Shown here: positions 14,132-27,300 of the stretch, one piece after another | How positions within the stretch are numbered: position 1 is the first letter of the stretch | Layout of the letters: every line of letters starts with the position of its first letter | Assembly (NCBI GenBank): GCA_002269645.1 | Contig: NIVC01000800.1 | Span: 254,710 to 318,709, forward strand | DNA length: 64,000 bases | Source: Macrostomum lignano | Taxonomy: Eukaryota | Direction: 5' to 3' | The notes under the pieces: model-generated | Seen by the model: only the letters and a program-made list of their open reading frames with translations | Database searches by the model: none | What the model was told of the DNA's origin: nothing | Program-made: the position numbers and the translations under genes

Positions 14132-14680
14132 TGGAGCTCTAAAAGCAACCCGTCAAAAAAGCCAAATGTTAGAATCCAGCCAAGCAACCGTCAAGCAAAC
14201 AGCAGTTCCTGTGTAAAGCTATTTAGTAAAGTATTCATTCATCCACATGTGCACTGGGAGTTTTTAATGAGAGCATAGCGCGAGATTCTGACTGAGCTGG
14301 TTGGAATGGAGACCAGAGATCGAGAGCTCTGCTTTGTGCTCTGGGGAGGCGCAGGCCGGTCATCCCAGCCAGTCACTCAGTTGCCCCGCATGTTTGCTCT
14401 GGTCAAACAGAGGCGCAGGGTTCACTGCTGCCCCACAGCCCCCCCCCCAACCCTCACGAGCAACTTCTGACTCACAAGTGGCCCGGAGCGGCTTGCGTGC
14501 GTTTGAGAAGTCGGGCGCTTTTCGGGATCCGCATCCTCCCCACTCTGGAAAAGGCTTCATAAAGGGATTTTTGAAATAGGAGTTGGGATTTTTTGCGGGG
14601 CTATAGGGATCACTACTAAGTGGGGGAGATCAATTCCCAAGGGGGCAGAATCGGTGTGAATTAGCGAACACAAATAATCA

Positions 14681-15575
14681 CCAACCCGAATCTTCACCTA
14701 TTGACCCGAATCTTCACCAATTGACCCGAATCTTCAAAAAACCAACCCTAATCTTCAACCAACCAACCCGAATCTTCACCAACCAATCCTAATCTTCACC
14801 AACCAACCCGAATCTTCACCAACCAACCTGAGTCTTCACCAACCAACTCGAATCTTCACCAACCAACCTGAATCTTCACCAACCAACTCGAATCTTCACC
14901 AACCAACCCGAATCTTCACCAACCAACCTGAATCTTCACCAACCAACTCGAATCTTCACCAATCAATCCTAATCTTCACCAACCAACTCGAATCTTCACC
15001 AACCAACCTGAATCTTCACCAACCAACCCGAATCTTCACCAATCAATCCTAATCTTCACCAACCAACTCGAATCTTCACCAACCAACCTGAATCTTCACC
15101 AACCAACCTGAATCTTCACCAACCAACCTGAATCTTCACCAACCAACCTGAGTCTTCACCAACCAACTCGAATCTTCACCAACCAACCTGAATCTTCACC
15201 AACCAACCTGAATCTTCACCAACCAACCTGAATCTTCACCAACCAACCCGAATCTTCACCAATCAATCCTAATCTTCACCAACCAACTCGAATCTTCACC
15301 AACCAACCTGAATCTTCACCAACCAACCTGAATCTTCACCAACCAACCTGAATCTTCACCAACCAACCTGAGTCTTCACCAACCAACTCGAATCTTCACC
15401 AACCAACCTGAATCTTCACCAACCAACCTGAATCTTCACCAACCAACCTGAGTCTTCACCAACCAACTCGAATCTTCACCAACCAACCTGAATCTTCACC
15501 AACCAACCCGAATCTTCACCAACCAACTCGAATCTTCACCAACCAACCCGAATCTTCACAAACCAACCAGAATAT
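14681..15575. repeat. 20-bp minisatellite aatcttcaccaaccaacctg
   Basis: ~43 copies. Confidence 0.97.
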
Positions 15576-16117
15576 TCACGACCTCAATACTGAGTCACAC
15601 AAAACCAGCTACTTCAGTGTTTTCTAATTCTGATCTTCGCTTTGCGTGAATAATTTTGCTACAATAAAGAATTCGAACAGTTACTGCAGCTTGAAAGTCT
15701 TGCAAAAGCAGAAAAATTCTACAAATTCTTCGTCAGAACTGCTGCTTGTCGTTGCGCAGAAGGGACCATGCAGCCAGCCATTTTCATTTTTCACGGCATG
15801 GCAAATTGGCGACTGGAATTGCAAAAAATTGCCCACATCAGAGCTTCATCGCTCGCTTTCTCCCTCTCCGGCCTTTCCTGTTGTCTCTGTTCAAATTTGC
15901 CTGTCAAGGCTTGAAAAACACTGCGCAACCCCTCCGTTGCTTAAAGCTCTGAAGGATCCGCGGCCAGGGTGCTTCTGCAGTTGGATCCAGCAGTCAGTTG
16001 AAGCGGCAGAAGTGGGCGGGCCCCGTGCGACTTCAGTCCGGCTTCCTGCTTGCTGGCTGCCACTGCCCGTCTCCCCATCCCCTGCTGGGGTGGCAGAGGG
16101 TGGGGCAAAGGAGGGTA

Positions 16118-16617
16118 CAGTAGGGAGAGGAGAGGTAGAGTAGGGAGAGGAGAGGGTAGAGTAGAGAGAGGAGAGGTAGAGTAGGGAGAGGAGAGGGTAG
16201 AGTGAGGAGAGGAGAGTGTAGACTAGGGAGAGGAGAGGGTAGAGTGAGGAGAGGAGAGGGTAGAGTGGAGGAGAGGAGAGGGTAGAGGGATGAGAGGATA
16301 GGGTAGAGTGAGGAGAGGAGAGTGCAGAGTGGAGAGAAGAGAGGATAGAGTGAGGAGAGGAGAGTGTAGAGTGGGGAGAAGAGAGGGTAGAGTGAGGAGA
16401 GGAGAGGGTAGAGTGATGAGAGGATAGGGTAGAGTGAGGAGAGGAGAGTGTAGAGTGGGGGAGAGGATAGGGTAGAGTGAGGAAAGGAGAGTGTAGACTG
16501 GGGAGAAGAGAGGGTAGAATGAGGAGAGGAGAGTGTAGACTGGGGAGAAGAGAGGGTAGAGTGAGGAGGGGAGAGTGTGATGGGGAGAGGAGATTGTAGA
16601 CTGGGGAGAAGAGGGTA
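16118..16617. repeat. Degenerate 21-bp purine minisatellite gagaggagagggtagagtgag
   Basis: Direct reading. Confidence 0.9.
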
Positions 16618-17050
16618 AATTGGTCAAAAGGGTGTGTGAAAAGACTACACAATCCGGATGCAGTTTAGCCAATGCAATATTCAGGGTCATAGCGCAGGGG
16701 GGGGGGCTGCGCAGGATGGAATCTGTAAAAAAACCCTTTCCCCTTCTAACTTTCTTCAACGCGGCAGCGGGTGGAGAGGGAAGAGAAGCCCGGGGAGTGC
16801 TGGAGGGAGTTTTCGCAGGGAAGTGACTGCGTCTGCAGTGCAAGTCGACCTGCCGGGGAGCAAACACACTGGTAGAGCCGCCTGTTCAGTGCTGTTCAGA
16901 ATTCTCTGGCGCAGCAAGGCGAACTTCTCTCGCTTTTCTTCGGTTTTCATGTCAAAACAAATTTTCGAGACCCGGGAAAGTGAACAACTGTGGCGGGAGG
17001 AAGGACTGACTGGTTGAAAGCTGGGACCAAGGGGCAAAGGGGGCAACCCA

Positions 17051-17606
17051 CTCTGGTGCTGGCGCCTCTGGTGCTGGCGCCTCTGGTGCTGGCGCCTCTG
17101 GTGCTGGCGCCTCTGGTGCTGGCGCCTCTGGTGCTGGCGCCTCTGGTGCTGGCGCCTCTGGTGCTGGCGCCTCTGGTGCTGGCGCCTCTGGTGCTGGCGC
17201 CTCTGGTGCTGGCGCCTCTGGTGCTGGCGCCTCTGGTGCTGGCGCCTCTGGTGCTGGCGCCTCTGGTGCTGGCGCCTCTGGTGCTGGCGCCTCTGGTGCT
17301 GGCGCCTCTGGTGCTGGCGCCTCTGGTGCTGGCGCCTCTGGTGCTGGCGCCTCTGGTGCTGGCGCCTCTGGTGCTGGCGCCTCTGGTGCTGGCGCCTCTG
17401 GTGCTGGCGCCTCTGGTGCTGGCGCCTCTGGTGCTGGCGCCTCTGGTGCTGGCGCCTCTGGTGCTGGCGCCTCTGGTGCTGGCGCCTCTGGTGCTGGCGC
17501 CTCTGGTGCTGGCGCCTCTGGTGCTGGCGCCTCTGGTGCTGGCGCCTCTGGTGCTGGCGCCTCTGGTGCTGGCGCCTCTGGTGCTGGCGCCTCTGGTGCT
17601 GGCGCC
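17051..17606. repeat. Perfect 15-bp minisatellite ctctggtgctggcgc
   Basis: ~37 identical copies. Confidence 0.98.
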
Positions 17607-17694
17607 GCCCCTGTCTACCCACCCTATCTATTCTCCCCTTATCTACCCTCCCCTCTCTACCCTCCCCTATTTACCCTGCCTTATCAATCCTCTC

Positions 17695-17915
17695 TAAATG
17701 CCATGGCGCCAACTCCCAAATGCCATGGCGCCAACTCCCAAATGACATGGCGCCAACTCCCAAATGACATGGCGCCAACTTCCAAATGACATGGCGCCAG
17801 CGCCAACTCCAAATGACATGGTGCCAACTACCAAATGACATGACGCCAACTCCCAAATGACATGGCGCCAACTTCAAAATGACATGGCGCCAGCGCCAAC
17901 TCCAAATGCAATGGC
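17695..17915. repeat. ~22-bp minisatellite aaatgacatggcgccaactccc
   Basis: Direct reading. Confidence 0.93.
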
Positions 17916-19344
17916 GTCAATTGTCGGTGACAGTTTTGTTTAAATCTAATTTAATGAGGAATTCGCAGTTTAAAATGGTACTAATGGGAGCTAATTCTAT
18001 CATAGAGCTTGAATAGTATTTTTATTTTTAACTTCCCGAATAAAAATGTCGCATTAATCAAATTTTTAGTTCCTAATCTTATCCCAAAATCGAAAGAAAA
18101 ATAGGAAGTATCACGGCGGAATTGCTACGATCGTATCGGGGACGAGTGACGCAATCTTAGGGAATGCTTTTTGCGCCCCACTACTAGACCAAGGCTTGGC
18201 TTTGCTTTGCTTCTGCTTCCAGGCCCCGAGGCCCCTTGACGCGCTTCAAAGGCGCATAAGATGGCCGACTCTCTCCGCTCCCCTGTGCATATTCGATTTC
18301 ATAATGAACTTCGGCCCCCGTATTAATTATAGAAATGGCGGAGATTAGCGGCTCCCGGTAATTAGCATCGATTGGACGGATGGTTGGGCCGGCCGGATGA
18401 ATGAACTGCCTGCAGGCTGTGGGGCTCCCCGCTGTGCTAATTCCACCAGATGCCAACCCACCCACTCTGTCTGTCACGTTCTCGCTTGGGCCTCGCTGAT
18501 TGGCTCTCAGCGGACTGGCCAATAAGAGCCGTTGAAGGTCTGGTGCGGTTTTTCCATAGGGGGGCTATGGCCTGCTATGAGGCCAGACAATTTTCAGCTC
18601 TCAAACGCAATTCCTGTTCTCGCATTTCTGTCCCGACCAAATGATAAATCCTATGCGCTCCACTCGGCGCGCACGCGGCTTATGGGGATGGGGATTTCCA
18701 ACTGAATTCTCCCCGATCGCATGCTGAGCACAGGGCCCATATAGAGCCTTCCTTTCCCCTTCCGTCATTATGCAGTCTGGGAAAAGTGGCAGCAGTGTGA
18801 CAGCAGCAGGGAGGAGTTGAAGGGAGCGCGGGGAGAGGGAGAGAGGCAAGAGGAAGAGGGGAAATAATTGATGAAGCTGGAGGCCGTCCCAGACTCCCAG
18901 TCGTTGTCCAAAGGCAAAGCGGGAGGTCCCATATCGAAGACGCTTCAAGTCCAAGTGACTTTTCAAGCAGCTCCCCCAAGAGGAGGCAGAGAGTGGCGCC
19001 TGGCAATTTGAGCTGCCCAGATTTTGCGGGGGACGCGAGGAGGTGGAAGGGATTGGAGAAGGGATTCTTTCGCTCGCGGCCAGTTTCTTTCTCCTTCCGG
19101 CTTTGCCCGGCCTATAGCCTCATCATCTCTGCTTCGGCTGGAAGCTGTAAACTAGATTAGCGACTTCCACTTGACAATTCACATTTGACTGGACATTAGT
19201 GACCCCCTGTGACCCCTTCTGACCCCCCCTAGTGCGATGCGCCAACCTCTCTTGCAAATCCTAATCCCCTCGAAGCTCCCATGATTCAAATATCCATAGC
19301 CCTGACTTCCTTTATCTACCTTACTGATCTGCATGCACATCCCC

Positions 19345-19730
19345 GCCCAATCTACCCTGCCAATCTACCCCGCCCAATCTACCCTGCCCAATCTACCCTG
19401 CCCAATCTACCCTGCCAATCTACCCCGCCCAATCTACCCTGCCAATCTACTCTGCCAATCTACTCTGCCAATCTACTCTGCCTAATCTACTCTGCCAATC
19501 TACTCTGCCCAATCTACTCTGCCCAATCAACCCTGTCAATCTACCCTGCCACTACCCTGCCAATCTACCCTGCGAATCTACCCTGCCAATCTACCCTGCC
19601 AATCTACCCTGCCAATCTACCCTGCCAATCTACCCTGCCCAATCTACTCTGCCAATCTACTCTGCCCAATCTACTCTGCCAATCTACTCTGCCCAATCTA
19701 CTCTGCCAATCTACTCTGCCCAATCTACTT
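19345..19730. repeat. 13/14-bp minisatellite aatctaccctgcc(c)
   Basis: Direct reading; degenerate extension to ~19980. Confidence 0.93.
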
Positions 19731-20984
19731 TTCCCTTTTTTGCCTTCTCAAACTCTAAACTACCAGGGTCAGCGTGCCCACTTGCAATTATAATTACGGT
19801 ACCCTCCCCGCCTTATCTACTCTCCCCAAGCTACCCTGCCATATCTACCCTCCCCTATCTGCCCTTGTCCTATCTCTACACTCCCCGATCTACCCTTGTC
19901 CTATCTACCCTCCCTTCCCCTATCCAGCCCTACCCTTCACCTACCTAACCCGCCCTTACCTACTCTACCCTCCTACGGGCCCCCATCTACACTGCCATAA
20001 CAATGCATCTCAGGCCATCAGCGAGTTGTCAGGAAGTTTGTTGTTGCCCCAGTCACTTCAAGCAATCCATCAAATTGAATTCATTCTAAAAACAAAGACT
20101 GGATACACAAACTTTATTGAGACAACCCATGAAAAACAAATTCAAGATGCTTGGAACACCGGATATAAAAATAAACTATGCTAATTAACCTATAAGAAAG
20201 TTATTAGTTGCTAGCAGATGCTGAATGTGTTTTGAAAGATAAACATAAGCATTTAACTTCACTCAAGCCATTGCTTGCTTGCTTGCCTGGCTGACTGACT
20301 GATGTGTGGTGTGGAATATGAGATAATATTTCTTACAGTTGACACAGTGATTACGTAATCTTCATCCACTAACTTCCTCCCCCTTTTTTAGCTTTGTGAT
20401 ACAAACAGCCTGACGGGTTTCTTTCGAATTTGGCTATGCAGACGCCACTCCCAACCATCGGTATCGGGGATAAAATCTGTTTCTCGGACAGAAACCTCTC
20501 ATCATGCTGTTGCGTTCACTCCCCTCAAATTGGGGATCCAAAAAGCCATTTAGGGAAGAATTTCTTGGGAAAGAATTTCTACCTGTAAGAATGCCAACCC
20601 AAGCCATCTGTAACATGAAGGAAATGTTCCATACTTACTACTGGCAGCTGAAACATCAAGTAGGCAGAGACGAGTAAGGACACGAATTTTTGTTACTGCG
20701 CAAAAACTGCGCAGATGTTTATGACTTTTTGAACAAAGAGTGAACCATGCACCGACAATCATTCTTTCACGATTAGTTGAAATAGTTGCACAAAGGCAGG
20801 GCCGGAGCTAGAAGCTGGTGAAGCAGGCGGGTAAAACGGAAGAAGAAAAAAGAAACTGGAAGCAAGGATAGAAGCAGTAAGCTGATGCCAGACTAACTGA
20901 AGGTATAGAGCTGAAAACAGAAAGGAACGCAAAGATGAAATCAAATAAAAAGCAGACAGAAAGCAAAAATATGGAAGCATGCAG

Positions 20985-21300
20985 AAACAGACAGAAGCAG
21001 ACAGATATAAGCAGACAGACAGAAGCAGACAGATAGAAGCAGACCGACAGAAGTAGACAGACAGAATCAGACAGATAGAAGCAGACAGATAGAAGTAGAC
21101 AGATAGAAGTAGACAGATAGAAGTAGACAGATAGAAGTAGACAGATAGAAGTAGACAGAAAGAAACAGACAGATAGAACCAGACAGACAGAAGCAGACAG
21201 ACAGAAGCAGACAGACAGAAGCAGACATGCAGAAACAAACAGATAGAAGCAGACAGACAGAAGCAGACAGACAGAAGCAGACAGACAGAAGCAGACAGGC
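20985..21300. repeat. 14-bp minisatellite acagacagaagcag
   Basis: Direct reading. Confidence 0.92.
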
Positions 21301-21919
21301 TGAATCAGAATAGAGACAGAACATACGCTCGTAGTTAGATGTATCAATTAGCACCTTCATGAACAGATCATTATTATTTTCAAACTCCAGCGCAGCTCGC
21401 ACACAGTCAAGGGCCAGGAATGATTCAAAACACAATATGGAAGAAGAGCAACCCTCCACCGAGCCTTTCAGTTGCTGCAGTTTCTAAATGGAGATGGAGA
21501 TGACGTGGCTGGTGAATAAGGGATATTTCTGTCTCAAGCTTGGCCCCCAGCTGGCTCCACTCGTCTCTGGGGGCTTTAAACTTGCATTCCCCACACAGTT
21601 TCTCCCCTCTCCAAGCATCCCAATCGTCCCGCTTGCTTGCCTGCAATTCCAAAAATTCTCCTTCAAACATTTTTGTAAATGCGGAATGCAAAACCCATTC
21701 CTTGTGTTTTATATAGCTAATAACAAACGGCGCATTTTAGACAAAACTTTGTCAGACCTCACAAATAGCAGTCACCTGTGGAGGGCATCTTTTATGCCTG
21801 ACTGGAAATTAGCAGTTCAGTTCTTGTGCGAAAGCAGCAATATTGAGACTGAAGATAGACGAGTAGATGGAAGAGCTGCAGATAGTTGAGACTGCGATTG
21901 GATTCAGTGAGACTGGAGA

Positions 21920-23200
21920 CAAAGATTGGAGAGGGAGGAGGGTGAGATTAGAGAGGGAGAGAGGAGTGAGGTCACAGAGGGAGAGAGGAGTGAAATTGGA
22001 GAGGGAGAGACGGGTGAGATTGGAGATGGAGAGAGGGAAGAGCTTTGAAAGAGAGGGATGAGATTGGTGAGGGGGAGAGGGTGAGCTTGGAGAGGGCGAG
22101 GAGGGTGAGATTGGAAAGAGAGGAGGGTGAGATTGGAGAGAGAGAGGAGGGTAAGATTGGAGAGGTAGAGAGAGGTGAGATTAGAGAGGGAGAGAGGGAT
22201 GAGATTGGAAAGGGAGAGAGGGATGAGATTGGAGAGGGGGAGAGGGAGGAGATTGGAGAGGGGGAGAGGGATGAGATTGGTGAGGGGGAGAGGGAGGAGA
22301 TTGGAGAGGGCGAGGAGGGTGAGATTGGTGAGGGGGAGAGGGATGAGATTGGTGAGGGGGAGAGGGATGAGATTGGTGAGGGGAGAGGGATGAGATTGGT
22401 GAGGGGAGAGGGATGAGATTGGTGAGGGGGAGAGGGAGGAGATTGGAGAGGGCGAGGAGGGTGAGATTGGTGAGGGGGAGAGGGAGGAGATTGGTGAGGG
22501 GGAGAGGGAGGAGACTGGAGAGGGGGAGAGGGATGAGATTGGTGAGGGGGAGAGGGATGAGATTGGAGAGGGGGAGAGGGATGAGATTGGTGAGGGGGAG
22601 AGGGAGGAGATTGGTGAGGGGGAGAGGGATGAGATTGGAGAGGGAGAGGAGGGTGAGATTGGAGAGGGAGAGGAGGGTAAGATTGAAGAGGGGAGAGGGA
22701 TGAGATTGGAAAGGGAGAGAGGGATGAGATTGGTGAGGGGGAGAGAGATGAGATTGGTGAGGGGGAGAGAGATGAGATTGGTGAGGGGGAGAGGGAGGAG
22801 ATTGGTGAGGGGGAGAGGGATGAGATTGGTGAGGGGGAGAGGGATGAGATTGGTGAGGGGGAGAGAGATGAGATTGGTGAGGGGGAGAGGGAGGAGATTG
22901 GTGAGGGGGAGAGGGATGAGATTGGTGAGGGGGAGAGAGATGAGATTGGTGAGGGGGAGAGGGATGAGATTGGTGAGGGGGTAGGGTGAGCTTGGAGAGG
23001 AAGAGGAGGGTGAGATTGTGGAGGAAAAGAGGGTGAGATTGGAAGAGGAGAGAGGGATGAGATTGGTGAGGGGAGAGAGTGAAATTGGAGAGGAAAAGAG
23101 GGTGAGATTGGAAGGGGAGAGAGGGATGAGATTGGAGAGGGAGAGAGGGTGAGATTGGAGATGGATAGAGAGGTGAGATAAAAAGGGAGAGATTGGAGAA
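21920..23200. repeat. 24-bp purine minisatellite gagattggtgagggggagagggat
   Basis: Direct reading. Confidence 0.95.
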
Positions 23201-23510
23201 AGCAGTCAGTAAGACAGTTTTCAAAACATGGTGCAGTCAGTGGGATGGGGCTACAGTGGATTAGTAAAACTGAAAATTGCAATGTTCGCCATCTCAGCCA
23301 AGCATTCAACCACAAAAGGAGCATTTTGTGAATTCTACCATTGAATATGTTGCATAAAGCAGCAAGCCAGAATAGAATGAATAGAATGAAAGAGAATTAA
23401 TAAGTAAAAAAGAAGACAGCTGCTTGACGTACGCTGCGACTGGCGTACCAAACACAGAATGCATTCAGTAATTGTGTAAATGTGCAGCAGCATTGTCGTT
23501 ACTTTTGCTC

Positions 23511-23639
23511 TTTGGTGCTGGCGCCCCTTGGTGCTGGCGCCCCTTGGTGCTGGCGCCCCTTGGTGCTGGCGCCCCTTGGTGCTGGCGCCCCTTTGTGCTG
23601 GCGCCCCTTTGTGCTGGCGCCCCTTTGTGCTGGCGCCCC
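23511..23639 (+). repeat. 16/17-bp array ttggtgctggcgcccc (left arm of inverted pair)
   Basis: ~8 copies; reverse complement of 24097-24181. Confidence 0.93.
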
Positions 23640-24096
23640 GCTGACGCCATATTGAAATTACGATTTTGTTGACAATCGGATGAAACAAAAATCCAACCAT
23701 TTTAGTTGTTAATCTGCTTTCCTTTTCATTTTTGTATTCTGAACATCCGGAATCTAAACCCACTCCGCCTGCAGTCTCTTGCAATTGTAAAGGATTTCGG
23801 ATTTCGTAAATATTTATAACACTGCATAAAGCAGAAAATTCAAAAAGAAATTATGCAGTCAACCTTCGATTGCTCATCATTCTTTACATGCCGCTTTTGT
23901 CTGTCTAAATTATTTGCTGGAGAATGGATTAGAGAGCATGAGAAAGCAGACTGACATGATGATTCAATGATCGATGAGAATTCCTCTTCCAGCTGCCCTT
24001 CCAGATCCTTAAACCGCAATCAGTGGAGTTGTGAAGAGTGAAGTTATTTTATTTGAAGCCGTCCGTAGCGCAACCAGGATTTCGAAATTGGGGGGA

Positions 24097-24181
24097 GGCG
24101 CCAGCACCAAGGGGCGCCAGCACCAAGGGGCGCCAGCACCAAAGGGGCGCCAGCACCAAAGGGGCGCCAGCACCAAAGGGC
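24097..24181 (-). repeat. 16/17-bp array ggggcgccagcaccaa (right arm of inverted pair)
   Basis: ~5 copies. Confidence 0.93.
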
Positions 24182-25180
24182 CCAGCAAGGAGTTCTAAGA
24201 AATTCACCAAAAGATACAATGAGCAAGCAATGCAAAATATTTTTCAGATTGCTATTTATATTTCAAATAAAAATCTACTGCATTTCGAAGAGCGACTCCT
24301 CAATAAAACAAATTAGCATTGATTGATGGAGTTTACATTACGAGAGACTGGAGCTGGGAATCGCTATTGTTGAGTCTGAGAGGCTGTATAATGACGGAGC
24401 ATGGAGTGAGAAAGAGAGTGGAGTAGCTCGTATTTTATAGCGGCAGATTTAATTGCGGTAACCGAAAGTTAGTATATTAGCTCGTAGTATTGCATTAGCC
24501 CAAGTATTTAAGCCCCCTGGGGCATGGCTGGGGAGGAGTTCTCTCTAGGATTTAGTGACAGTTAGTGAGTCACAGCGCACACGTTTGTAATAATAATACT
24601 AGCTTTATATGTGCTTCTTTCTTTCTGTTGTGTATTAAGGGATTCAGCTTTTATCTGTCTGTCTGTCTGGCTGGCTGGGCCCCTACTTCCTCTCCTCTCT
24701 CCTCTCTCCTCTCCTCTTCCCCAGAAAAACCGCTAAAGCCTTCGCTCCCCCACCCCCACCCTATTTGCCGCAACTAGAGCTGAGATAGTGGGGGAAGAGA
24801 AAAACGCTTCGTTCGGGGATTCGACTGCTTTGCTGGCTGCTGCTGGGGTGCCCAAAAGATGGAGAGGATGGGGATGGGGAGTTAAGGTCGAAAAAAGAAG
24901 AGAAGGCCAAGACTGAGTGTATGAGTAGCGAGTAGCGACTAGAGAGAAAGAGAACGACTGAAATGAGATGAGCTATACAGAGCAGCAGACCCCAACAGAG
25001 TCATCAGGGATCTAATATTCAGAGTAAAATGATTCTGATTCCATGATTCTGATTCCCAATCCCAACCGAACCAAAGCAGGCCCATTTACATCGATAGCCT
25101 AAAATAGCCTAACGTCTTATCATAATGCTTACGCATTATATTACGTCTTTCGACTGTTTTAGCTGTGCAAATAATAAAAC

Positions 25181-27300
25181 TATTTTGGCGCTTATCTTAT
25201 CTATGGCGCTGTACAGTCACTGATTTTGGCGCTTATCTTATCTATGGCGCTGTACAGTCTCTAATTTTGGCGCCTATCTTATCTATGGCGCTGCACAGTC
25301 TCTAATTTTGGCGCCTATCTTATCTATGGCGCTGTACAGTCTCTAATTTTGGTGCTTATATTATCTATGGCGCTGTACAGTCTCTAATTTTGGCGCCTAT
25401 CTTATCTATGGCGCTGCACAGTCTCTAATTTTGGTGCTTATATTATCTATGGCGCTGTACAGTCTCTAATTTTGGCGCCTATCTTATCTATGGCGCTGCA
25501 CAGTCTCTAATTTTGGTGCTTATATTATCTATGGCGCTGTACAGTCTCTAATTTTGGCGCCTATCTTATCTATGGCGCTGTACAGTCTCTAATTTTGGTG
25601 CATATATTATCTATGGCGCTGTACAGTCTCTAATTTTGGTGCTTATATTATCTATGGCGCTGCACAGTCTCTAATTTTGGTGCTTATCTTATCTATGGCG
25701 CTGTACAGTCACTGATTTTGGCGCTTATCTTATCTATGGCGCTGTACAGTCTCTAATTTTGGCGCCTATCTTATCTATGGCGCTGCACAGTCTCTAATTT
25801 TGGTGCTTATCTTATCTATGGCGCTGTACAGTCACTGATTTTGGCGCTTATCTTATCTATGGCGCTGTACAGTCTCTAATTTTGGCGCCTATCTTATCTA
25901 TGGCGCTGCACAGTCTCTAATTTTGGTGCTTATATTATCTATGGCGCTTATCTATGGCGCTGTACAGTCTCTAATTTTGGTGCTTATATTATCTATGGCG
26001 CTGTACAGTCTCTAATTTTGGCGCCTATCTTATCTATGGCGCTGTACAGTCTCTAATTTTGGTGCTTATATTATCTATGGCGCTGTACAGTCTCTAATTT
26101 TGGTGCTTATATTATCTATGGCGCTGTACAGTCTCTAATTTTGGTGCTTATATTATCTATGGCGCTGTACAGTCTCTAATTTTGGTGCTTATATTATCTA
26201 TGGCGCTGTACAGTCTCTAATTTTGGTGCTTATATTATCTATGGCGCTGCACAGTCTCTAATTTTGGTGCTTATATTATCTATGGCGCTGTACAGTCTCT
26301 AATTTTGGCGCCTATCTTATCTATGGCGCTGCACAGTCTCTAATTTTGGTGCTTATATTATCTATGGCGCTGTACAGTCTCTAATTTTGGCGCCTATCTT
26401 ATCTATGGCGCTGCACAGTCTCTAATTTTGGTGCTTATATTATCTATGGCGCTTATCTATGGCGCTGTACAGTCTCTAATTTTGGTGCTTATATTATCTA
26501 TGGCGCTGTACAGTCTCTAATTTTGGCGCCTATCTTATCTATGGCGCTGTACAGTCTCTAATTTTGGTGCTTATATTATCTATGGCGCTGTACAGTCTCT
26601 AATTTTGGTGCTTATATTATCTATGGCGCTGTACAGTCTCTAATTTTGGTGCTTATATTATCTATGGCGCTGTACAGTCTCTAATTTTGGTGCTTATATT
26701 ATCTATGGCGCTGTACAGTCTCTAATTTTGGTGCTTATATTATCTATGGCGCTGCACAGTCTCTAATTTTGGTGCTTATATTATCTATGGCGCTGTACAG
26801 TCTCTAATTTTGGCGCCTATCTTATCTATGGCGCTGCACAGTCTCTAATTTTGGTGCTTATATTATCTATGGCGCTGTACAGTCTCTAATTTTGGCGCCT
26901 ATCTTATCTATGGCGCTGCACAGTCTCTAATTTTGGTGCTTATATTATCTATGGCGCTGTACAGTCTCTAATTTTGGCGCCTATCTTATCTATGGCGCTG
27001 TACAGTCTCTAATTTTGGTGCATATATTATCTATGGCGCTGTACAGTCTCTAATTTTGGTGCTTATATTATCTATGGCGCTTATATTATCTATGGCGCTG
27101 CACAATCTCTAATTTTGGTGCTTATATTATCTATGGCGCTGTACAGTCTCTAATTTTGGCGCCTATCTTATCTATGGCGCTGTACAGTCTCTAATTTTGG
27201 TGCTTATATTATCTATGGCGCTGTACAGTCTCTAATTTTGGCGCCTATCTTATCTATGGCGCTGTACAGTCTCTAATTTTGGCGCCTGTCTTATCTATGT
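25181..27300. repeat. 41-bp minisatellite (tctctaattttggtgcttatattatctatggcgctgtacag)
   Basis: ~50 copies; period measured from 25261 to 25302. Confidence 0.98.

Noticed and set aside
16756-17020. Unique part of the minus ORF (MKTEEKREKF...)
   Set aside because: No homology recognised and no splice support.
25181-27300. CRISPR-like regularity of the 41-, 34-, 39- and 23-bp arrays
   Set aside because: Head-to-tail repeats without unique spacers, no cas genes, eukaryotic context.
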